A program made the translations under genes and the position numbers. From positions 434,001-498,000 of the forward strand of contig JAHLTZ010000009.1 of the NCBI GenBank assembly GCA_025786725.1: a stretch of DNA of 64,000 nt, written 5' to 3'. The notes beneath the pieces were generated by a model. That model was not told the origin of the DNA and made no database searches. It was given only the letters and a program-made list of their open reading frames with translations. This DNA comes from Syncephalis fuscata S228. Lineage: Eukaryota > Fungi > Zoopagomycota. Shown here piece by piece: positions 14,601-30,399 of the stretch. The stretch's first letter is position 1; each line of letters begins with the position of its first letter.

Positions 14601-15886
14601 TACCAATTTTGTCTGTTGTTGTTGTTGTTGTTGTTGATTTTGTTGATTAGTAGTAGCAGTAGCTGTCATGATAGGAAATATAATTTGTGAATAATTGGAT
14701 TGTGATGTTGTAATATTAGAAGGTTGCTTAGAGTTGTGGCTGTTATTGTTACCATGAATGTTAATGCTGTTATTATGGCTATTATGGCTACTGCTAACAT
14801 TAGATTGACTTTGATCACTATCATTACTACTACTATTATTGTTGTTGTTATTATTAATAGTATTAGTAGTAGGCGCATTTACAATAGTGGTAGATCCTTG
14901 TTGTCCCGTCTTATTAACTAAATCAGATTTGGTTTTTAATGCGGCAAAATTAAGGGCAGCACCTGGCATGACCAGCGGAACAGCGCCTGAAAACATCGAG
15001 GCTGAGGTGTGTAGAGCAGTGGCGGCCGTACTGCCAGGCGATTCCGATTTACGTTGTGCATTGCGTGCTTTGGCCCGCCTATTTTGAAACCATATCTGTA
15101 CACTTCGTTCTGTCATATGACATTGACCAGCGATCGAGGTACGCATTTTTGAACTTGGAGAAGGTGAGTCAGTAAATGCTTTTTCCAAAACCATAAGCTG
15201 CCCAGCATTAATGCGGTTCCGCTTTTTAGACCCAACATTAGGTGAAGTGCAATCGTTTGTAAAGGTAGCCGTGTCGCCTATTCTCTCGTCGTACGAAAGG
15301 TTGGTCTCTTCTGGAGATAGTAGTGTAGTAGTGTCGATGAGGTCGGCTGTTAACGGCGCCGATGCCTTCTCTTCTTCTGTCGTGGCCAATAACAACGACG
15401 ACGACAATGACGAGCGCGAAGAATCTACACCAGTACAAGCTGCACCGGCCGCTACATTCGCTACAGCGTTTGAAAGGGCTAACGAGGAGATGGGCAATGC
15501 GGTGGTCTACTATCGTCTGTGACTGTATCCTCTGTAATGTTTGTATCGGTTGAAGCAGAGGCAGAGATGGGAACACTGCCTTCGGTCATGCCACCGATGG
15601 ATGAGGCTGAAAAGAAGTCAAATCCAAATGGATTTGTTGAAAAGTTATTCAAACTGACCGGTAAATTTGAATAAGTACTTGATAGCGAATCTGTTAATGA
15701 AAGGCCAGCAAATAGATTGTCATTGAGCGTGTTGCCGTCAATGCCAACACCAGCAAGCTTACTAAAATCTACACCATCAAGTAGCATACCATCAATGCCA
15801 AGGCCTTCCGCTGCCTTGTCGTCGCTGTGGTTGTTAAACGGTAGCATCGAATACTCCTGATGAGGGCCGACCGGCGGCGTTGCCAT
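11659..15886 (-). CDS. Homeodomain transcription factor, Hoy1/Phx1-like, with polyQ/N low-complexity regions (three ORFs joined by probable indel errors near 15490 and 14500)
   Basis: Homeodomain KKRNRIN...LEKAF...ERSVQIWFQNRRAKAR. Downstream IPCNMLTIGTWRR...DLVCVY...CRDFTEKHQAS block resembles the conserved domain of Hoy1/Phx1-type fungal proteins. Confidence 0.8.
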
Positions 15887-17977
15887 AGTTAGAAAATCGA
15901 CGACGGAACAAGCGAGTAAGTGTTTACTAGAACATAAGCATCAACATCAGTTACTTGTTACATGTTATAATATAAAATGTAAAATTATTTACCTGTAGTG
16001 TATTAATTACAACACAGATATGAAACGCTTGAATAATTCAATAAATGAACACAAACGTAGACACACGGCTGTTTTGTTTTGTAATTGTAATTGTTGTAGC
16101 TGTTGAAACAATAGCTATGGTTGCTATAACTGCTACTGGTACTGTTATCGCTATTGCTATTTTGCTCGATTATTAAAGAAAAAACCAAGAATGCTAACAA
16201 CTATTAAGCAATATGTAAGCACACTCAGTTGTATATCCCCCGGGAGACTGTCTGAAAAGTTGAGCCAAGCACTTATGACGACAAATAGCAATAAAAGGTT
16301 GTAGTCGAGAGCAGCACTTAAGCGCAGTAATAAACAAGTCAATAATAAAGACAATAAACGACGGTGTCACTGATAAAAGCGCGCGCCGCGCTATGTATAC
16401 ACACCAAGGCAGTCTTACGTGTAGATATGCCCGTCCAAACGTGGCGGGTTGACGACCGCCGATAGCAGTTGTAATAATAGTACAATGCTAGTTGATTACA
16501 ACCGCAAACGGCTCGGCGTTGGAGATTAGGCGTGGCACGTAGCAGTTGGTCCGAGTAACAGAATAAAAAACAGTGATAGGCGTGCTAAACCGCAATAGAA
16601 TAAAAGTCGCTATGAATATAAGTTATAGTGAACGAGGACGTAGAAAGACTGGAAGTAGAAGAAAGAGCAAGCAGTGCCTGTCGTAGGTGTATACCGGGAT
16701 CGTCGAAGTGGTTGAGATGAGTAAATCGAATGCAAAGAATGGGAAAAAGCGTAGGACCAACCAAGGAAAGTCCGACAAGTAAGGCAGTATTCTCGGTGAT
16801 AGAATATGACTGAGATTAAGTAGTTGATAATAGTGGAAATAGTAATAGAACTATTAATAAAAAGTCGATGGCAAAGTTTTTAAGTAATGGCCTATAATGA
16901 ATTAATGGTGGCAAAGATAAAGTTTACGCAGGGGAAAGTAAAATAGTGCGGTTGTTGTTGTTACTACTCGTAGTATATAGATACACACACACACACATTT
17001 AATCCTTCCATTCACTTTCTGTACGAGATACAAGTAGGTGAGTGTATGAATGGATGAATGGATGGAAGGGCGTACAGAGAAGCGGGGTAAAGAAAGGATA
17101 TCGATAGTTTGTCTACCATCGCTTGGGAATATCTCTGTCACGTTTCACGAGTGTTACGTAGGCCTAGATGGAGAGATGGAGAGATGAAGAAAGTGTGCGT
17201 GTAATGCATGCGTCTCTATCTACATCGTGGTAAGTACCATTGGTAATAGATAGAGATGCCAAGCTACTATCCATGTACACGTGCACACACCGCATGCATG
17301 TGATGGGTTGATGGGTTGACCATACCTATGTACACTACCGCCATCATTGATACTTACTGTATATAGTGTAACATATACCAAAGGTTCAAGGAAATAAGTC
17401 ACAATAGCCTATGCTGTGATGGTTATTTATGGTTTACCAAGTTAATAGGCTATATTAATCGTGTAATATGTTATGGGTTATTTAACATTGTTAGATGATT
17501 TGTTAGTCTTTAGTGCAATTTGGTGTTAAATGGCTACAATTAATAACACTCAATTTATTGAACATGATGACGGGTGGTGAGTGACATTAATTATCAAATA
17601 CTCATCATTATAGATTCATTATCCAGTATGTATATATTATTCCCATTCTATTCCATACTATCATATATCGTTGTATGTTATAGTGGAGGCATTTTATTTG
17701 CCATAGTTTTTAATATACTTTACTCATTCCACTCATTGAGTTATACGCACTATAACTTCACTGCCATTATTCATGCCGTTTCTTTTGTCTATTCATTTTG
17801 CTATATATCGCTCTGTCATCTTCTTAGTCTTTTATAATACCGCAGACTTAAATAGTCTACAAATTATGCACATAAAACTAGAGGCATCATTATCATACTC
17901 TACTTTCTGCCACCTACTTTATACTAATAACTTTCTATTGTTTATTTTACCTTCTCCCTTAACAAATCAATACCATC

Positions 17978-18569
17978 ATGAAGCTTTTTATTGCCGTCAT
18001 TTGCATCATTGGAACAACTTTTGTAGTCAGTACATCCATAGTGAATATTAAGCCCAATCGAGCCCGCGTAGTATATTGCGATTACAATAAACATTTAAAT
18101 TAGTATATTTACTAGCATTATATTTAATGAATAATGAAGTTATGGCTATGGATTGTTGTTCCAGCACTTAATGTATATTGTCATGCATACACGACTAGTT
18201 GGTAAATCTAATAAATTTATTGATGCATTAATTTCTGATTACGTGTTAAGGTGTAGTGCGTAAACCAGCGCCATTGACTAAAGTAGTTACATAAATAGTA
18301 AATCAAACACTTTATTAAGTAGATTAATATACTATATTTACATTGATAGGACATAAATAATATTGTATGTTAACCGAAAACTTAATTGTTACTTTTATTT
18401 AACATCAATAGTTGGTAAGTGGCATTCTATATTAACAAATTATTGAATAACATATATTATGCATCGTGTGTCTAATAATTCAACATCAATAGCCGGTAAG
18501 TAATATTTTATTGTGTTAATTTATACATTAATCATATGGTATGTAATATATAAATCTATAGGCAGCTAA
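17978..18569 (+). pseudogene. Degenerate paralogue of the micro-exon secreted peptide gene
   Basis: Leader MKLFIAVICIIGTTFVVSTSIVNIKPNRAR. Candidate 3-nt exons TTG 18199-18201, TGC 18257-18259, GAC 18350-18352 (donor reads ATAAAT), TTG 18412-18414, CCG 18493-18495. Terminal exon GCAGCTAA at 18562. Confidence 0.65.
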
Positions 18570-18843
18570 TAGCCAATATCTTCAAGACATTAGCATTGGT
18601 AATGTAGTTGGAATGTTAGTCCAATACACTTTAGGTATATATCCGGTAACAATCAAGACCATTTGACAATTACATCGTTCAATCTACTCACCTATCAATT
18701 TCTAACCAATGCTCCGATCTATTATACATTTAATTAATAACGCCATTATACTATTAATAAGACTGCACTTAGCTGTATCTATTTAGCTATGCAAACTTCT
18801 AATAATAAATATATGGTTTTATTCTAATTAGATTTCATCAAAC
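18398..18843 (+). repeat. About 445-bp near-identical direct duplicate of about 29642-30080 (last two micro-exons, terminal exon and 3' flank)
   Basis: Direct comparison from TTTAACATCAATAGTTGGTAAGTGGCATT to TTTCATCAAAC in both places. Confidence 0.9.
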
Positions 18844-18924
18844 CATAACTATCCTATTTAATCACATAAACACTACTATCGAATCATCTAATTAATATAA
18901 TACTATTTATTTCAATGCAATCAT

Positions 18925-20175
18925 TTATAGATTAATGACTACCATTAACAAAACTAAAATATTGACAAGTGCATCAGACAATACTTCAGGCAATAATTCA
19001 ACGCGACGTAGAACAACATAATACTCGAAGGGGAAAGTATCAAGATAGCGCGTCATTTTCAATGTCATTTTACCATCGACCATTTCATAGGCTACCTTGT
19101 TAGTGGCCATAATCGATTGATCCACCGGTTTATCATCAAGTACAATAAAGATCGTCATGACGCGTCGTTCGCTCGCTGCTCTAACCAGTTCGGCCAATCT
19201 TGCATGATCATCACAAATACCATCCGATATAATGAGCTGTAATTGCCATAGATCCGCTGACCCACTACTACTATCATATCGGGCTGATTGCAGTAACTCG
19301 CTTGTCGTATGCATTAATTGGCGCACATCGGTACGCGTTTGCTTAAACGTAAGCGATCTCAATACTTGTGGACCCATATCGGCCCACCAAGTCGACGTGA
19401 ATGATTGCAGCAATCGTACTTGTTCACCAAAACCAACAACCGCCATCTCACCAACTTCCAATTGACCAAGGGCCCGTGAAATAAGCGCGAGGGATTCATA
19501 GGCCAGTTCAATCGAGTGAGACTCGGCCATCGAGTGCGAGTCATCAATCGCCAACAATACTTGATATTGTCGTTTACTAGGCCGTGTACGTCTTAACCAA
19601 ATCTTGTCTTTCTTAAACTGACTCGCAATATACGGAATAATCTTTTCATATTCAACCGTTTACCCGTTCTATAATCACCCTTTAATCGGGTGGCCAATGT
19701 CGGTTCTAGAATCAATCGAAGCTGTTCACATAATCCCAAAGCCAAATCATGAGTGACTGTTCATATCCACGCCACAATGCTCGCGTCTCTTCATCTCGTT
19801 CACGTCCATTCAACATCCAATCATCTAATTGTTGTTGTAATTCATCGCGCATTACATTTACATCCACCATCGTATACATATCCACTTTTCTTTTTTACGT
19901 TCTACCAGTTTTGTTAACATTGATAAGTATTTTCACCAATGCTTCATCGCTTCTGCCAATTGTCGATGTGGGTTGATTGCATCTGGTTGACGTGTCAATG
20001 ATGACCTCATCTGTCAATTTATTGTTGACTCACATTCAGTCGATATTTCACCTTCAAAGGCATTTACAAGTTGAGTCAACTTACTAGGACCCGACATATT
20101 TTTAGTAAATGATTTATCTAATTGTTCATCAACTGGTGCATCCATAGTAGATGACTATCTATCGCCTTGTCCCAT
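18925..20175 (-). pseudogene. MDN1: C-terminal fragment of midasin (MIDAS/vWA domain only)
   Basis: LCEQLRLILEPTLATRLKGDYRTGKRLNM...IIPYIASQFKKDKIWLRRTRPSKRQYQVLLAIDDSHSM...QLQLIISDG...YLDTFPFEYY is the midasin C-terminus. No room upstream for the AAA ring and linker. Confidence 0.75.
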
Positions 20176-20297
20176 TTGTCGTCCAGAGTTTTATTCATTT
20201 ATTTAAAAACACAAACAAAAAAGAGCTACTTGGTTACATTTGCATATTTGTCTTTTATTTATAGGTTTCTTCTTAAAGACACATTATTATAGTTGCA

Positions 20298-25886
<5,589 letters not shown>

Positions 25887-26313
25887 TCTATATTTCCCCC
25901 ATTTTTCATTTACATACTGCAACTTTGATACAACAGTATTAATTATATAAATCAATTTTCAGATCAATAGTGCCTAATGTGATTGATTAGTAAATATAAA
26001 ACTGAAATAACTTGAGAATAACAATCAAATTACTAATTATAAAGATAATAAGAATTAATGCGTTAAAGAGCTATTGCGTTGCAATGCCTTTATTGCATCA
26101 TAATAACTGCACTAGCCGATCATTAGTACAGCACACAATAAAGCATCTATTCAAGTGTAAAGATAAGTTAAAATAATCACTCTAACACTGATGATGATGT
26201 CAAACTAGAAAGTAAAGATAATAAATGTAACAATTTTATGATTTATTTTATTGACTAAATCAATTGGATGCTACAGTATTCAAAGTACGTTGAGGAATAT
26301 TTGGTAGCTTAAT

Positions 26314-26742
26314 CTAGTGCTTGTTGTTGTACCTGTTGTTGTCGTCAATTTGTTTCTTAGTCCACTTGTTTGCTCCTTTTGCAGCCATATTGCCAAGACC
26401 AAACGCCGGTACTACTGCTAATGGACCCATTACTGGAGTCAATACTGTTGTAGCACCTATTAGAACGGCAGCACCAGCAACAGTACCAGCTACTTTTGGT
26501 GCCATCTCCTCGGCGCCTTTCTTGGCAGCTTGGGGTACTCTGTCGGCTATTATTCTAGCATCAGTCTTAGAATCAGGCGTACTTTGTGTAGTTGCTACAT
26601 TTTTGCTGACTGCAACTGTGGGTACTCCACGGGTAGGTTGCAGCGATTGAATATTGCCGAAAGGTAGAGCAGCAGCTTATCAATCAATGAAGCTGTGCGA
26701 TTGCGCAATAGCAATTACTTGGATAATGTTCTTAAGCATCAT
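26314..26742 (-). CDS. Small putatively secreted protein with Gly/Ala-rich hydrophobic hairpin (N-terminus frameshifted)
   Basis: MMLKNIIQVIAIA...AAALPFGNIQ signal-like start. The frame is open from about 26670 to VAGTVAGAAVLIGATTVLTPVMGPLAVVPAFGLG...NNKH*. Confidence 0.5.
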
Positions 26743-28612
26743 AGCGGAGTATACGATTGTATTTGAATGTTTTCGTTAAGCCACTGGCGTAAAATTTGCG
26801 TCGTGCAATTGGAATTTATGTGTGGTGGGATGACTCGATGAATATGTTGGATGGTACTAATACTAAATATTGTGCTTAAGCAACCACTATTTATATTTGG
26901 ATGCATCATTCGCTAGCCTTAACCTGTTTATAATTGTTACAATAAGCCGGTCATTGGGACATCAAACTGCCAACAAGGCATTATATTTTCCACACGATGT
27001 AACACGGTACAAAACTAAACCGGTTATTTTATTTAGACTGCGGTATAATAGCTTGAAGCGTGTTGTTTCGGTAAAATAAACACGCCTTATTCAACATAAA
27101 ATCCACTTGACTATTAAAACACCAAGCCTGTTTTTTATTAGACTATTCGAAAACTAAAACAAAGATATTGATAACGATATTGTAATACAAATGCTCAAAT
27201 GGTGTATTATAGTCATATTTTTTAAATAGAGATATTATTACAAAATATATTAAACTTATAATCAGTAAATTATATTTCAATTTAGCTGTATAATAATATT
27301 GCTTTATAACACGCTCAAATAGTTTGTGGTACCTGTTGTGCATAACTGCAATAAAGCTGAAACAACATTCGCTTAGAAATATCTAACATTGTTTTTGTTT
27401 TCTCCTTTCCCCTTCCTTTCAACAGTCTCACAACTATGCAGAATAAATTGTTATATTGCTAATCTCATAACTGTGTAATATCACATGCCACTTTTACGTT
27501 GTCTACGTACATTATTAGCGCTTTTATGCAGTATGGTAAATAGCAGCAACCGTTAAATAACAACAGTTTGTACCATCAAAGCAACAGTGTTAAACGTGAT
27601 TTAACCAACATATTCAAGTACAGACTTTATTTGTCGCAAAACTCAACTAAATAATGTAAACACAAAAGCAAACAAATGCTAAAAGTGCTTATTAAATAGT
27701 ATAACCAATTGCCATATGATACTGAAACGCATTATGTAACATGTTGAAATACCGCCGCAATATCATGTAGTTTTCAGTCAGCTGTATATCTTTTTATAAA
27801 CCCATATATCAAACAGTACAAAATGTATTGTGTCAATACAGCTGTTAACTAAAGTATATACACTAGCAATGGTGATGAAATCAGAGAGTGGCTGGAATAC
27901 TTTATTAAATATATACTCGACATTCAATGGCTAATATGGCAATTTGTTTTTACAATGGCGTATATATAAAAATCTAACGATATTTTTTAAAATAAATTGT
28001 TCATTTGTTGCCAATAGATATAGTGCTGGATTAAACGGAAGCTTGAACTAATCAGTATATTGTTATGTTTAGAAAACTATAACTAATTTACACGCACAAT
28101 GATAGATACCTGTAAAAATACAAGCTCAATGTATTGATGCTATCAATGAAAACGATCGTCAAAGGCACAGTGATGTGCCACTACTGTTTCCGTAGAACCA
28201 ATAGATTTAATTTGCATGCATGGTCGAATTGTGTGTAACGGTATTTTACCCACTAATAGGTGTATTTCTATTATATATGTATGTACTAGATGCTTATATT
28301 GCCAAACAGATTATAGCGAAGGATTGGTTGTACAATACAACACCATCAACATATTAGTATACGTATGCATCAAGCCACCATGTGGACGTGCTGTTATTGG
28401 TTCGCATTGCACATCAATGGTACATGCCATACAGTGCATTATTTTATTCCTCAGAATAAGCATAGATTTAAATAGCTCACTAGAAATATACAACTAACCA
28501 GCAATACCATTATCACACTCTACTTTCTGCCAAATACTCACTACCATCTACTTTATACTAACCGCACTTTGTTTTCCAGCCTTCTTGCTTGTCTTAACAA
28601 TTCAATATCAAC

Positions 28613-29813
28613 ATGAAGTTTTCTATTGCCATCGTTTGCACTTTCATCGTAGCCTTTATGGCCAGTACAGCCATGGTGGATGCTATGCCAACTCTAGTTC
28701 GTCGTGGTATGTTACGGTTAAATAATTGTTTTTTAACTAAGCACTGCTTTTACTTGCCAAAATAATGTTAATAGAACGTAAGTTGCATTGTATATTAATC
28801 AATTATATACTAATCAAATACCATGTGCTGTGTGTTTAATGGTTTGGCATCAATAGCTGGTAAGTTACATCGTATATTAATTAGCTACAAATTAACATAT
28901 ACTATGCGCTGTGTATTTAATGATTTAACAGCAATAGATGGTAAGTTACATCGTATAGCAATTAACTATGCATTGACATGTGCCATGCACTGTGTTTAAT
29001 GGTTTGACATCAATAGTTAGTAAGTGACATTATAGGCTAGTTATTTATACGCTAACACATGTTATGTATTTTGTACTTAATAATCTGGCATCAATAGCTG
29101 GTAAGTTACATTGTATAGCAATTACTACGCACTAACATATGATATTCACTGCATGCTTAATGATTGGCATCAATAGCTGGTAAGTACATCGTATATCAAT
29201 CAGCTACGCACTAACCTATACCATGTACTGTTGTTCAATAATTTGACATTGATAGATGGTAAGTTACATTGTATATTAATTACTACGCATTAACATATCC
29301 TATGCAATGTGTATCTAATAATTTGACATAATAGCCGGTAAGCTACACTGTACAGCAATTAACTAATGTTAACATATGATATGCAATGCTTGTTTAATAA
29401 TTGGACATCAATAGAAGGTAGGTGACATGTATATTAATTAGCCATGTATTAACATATATTATGTAATGTGCGTTTAATGGTTTGACATTAATAGTTAGTA
29501 AGTGACATTGTATATCAATTACTACGCACTAACATATGATATGTACTGTCTGTTTAATGACTTGACATTAATAGGTCGTAAGTGATATTGTATCTCAACT
29601 AACTATGAATTAACTTATGCAATACAATGTGTATTTAATGATTTAACATCAATAGTTGGTAAGTGGCATTATATATTAACAAATTATTGAATAACATATA
29701 TTATGCATTGTGTGTCTAATAATTCAACATCAATAGCGGGTAAGTAATATTTTATCGCGTTAATTTATACATTAATCATATGGTATGTAATGTATGTATT
29801 TATAGGCAGCTAA
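28613..29813 (+). CDS. Secreted prepro-peptide encoded by exon 1, thirteen 3-nt micro-exons and a terminal exon: MKFSIAIVCTFIVAFMASTAMVDAMPTLVRREPDVTADAEVSLAGS*
   Basis: Exon 1 28613-28706, donor GTATGT. Micro-exons, each preceded by ATAG and followed by GTAAG or GTAGG: AAC 28775, CTG 28857, ATG 28938, TTA 29017, CTG 29098, CTG 29177, ATG 29256, CCG 29335, AAG 29415, TTA 29495, GTC 29575, TTG 29656, CGG 29737. Terminal exon 29806-29813 (GCAGCTAA). Confidence 0.8.
28771..29805 (+). repeat. Diverged tandem repeat of about 80 bp, about 13 units, each one intron plus one 3-nt exon
   Basis: Approximate consensus GTAAGTtacattgtatattaattaactacgcaCTAACatatgatatgcactgtgtgtTTAATgatttgacatcaaTAG-NNN, period 79-82 nt. 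Confidence 0.95.
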
Positions 29814-30399
29814 CACCAATATCTTCAAGACATTAGCATTGGCAATGTAGTTGGAATGTTAGTCCAATACACTTAGGTATATATCCGGTAACAATCAAGA
29901 CCATTTGACAATTACATCGTTATCTACTCACCTATCAATTTCTAACCAATGCTCCGATCTATTCTACATTTAATTAATAACGCCATTATACTATTAATAA
30001 GCCTGCACTTAGTTGTATCTATTTAGCCATGCAAACTTTAATAATAAATACATGGTTTTATTCTAATTAGTTTCATCAAACTCTTGCCACTATGTTTGTG
30101 TTTTATTTCCATCCCATGAGCATCGAACAATAACCAAATGTATTATCAATATATTTTTATGAGTATGCTGCATTAGCAAATAATATAGACTGACACAACA
30201 ATGATAACAACATTATTTAAATAGAATCATAAATAAAACTATCCACATATATCATAACTTCAACACAGTTATCCATACACTACTTATTGTATATTCAGTT
30301 TACTACATGTAATTTTATAATCACAAGTTACTATTAACAAGTAAATTTACTAGTATACCTTTACATTTTTCAAAGTCGCAATGTAAAATATTTATTGTA

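Noticed and set aside
11993-15553. Plus-strand ORFs overlapping the homeobox gene
   Set aside because: Antisense shadows of low-complexity coding sequence with no recognisable motifs.
15900-17400. Long upstream region of the homeobox gene with CA/GT and purine-rich tracts as a possible ncRNA
   Set aside because: Consistent with a long 5' UTR and promoter of a transcription factor. No supportable structure.
28771-29805. CRISPR array or plain minisatellite
   Set aside because: Eukaryotic locus with no cas genes. Whole units are homologous, with no unique spacers. The invariant parts are splice signals around 3-nt exons in frame with a signal-peptide exon.
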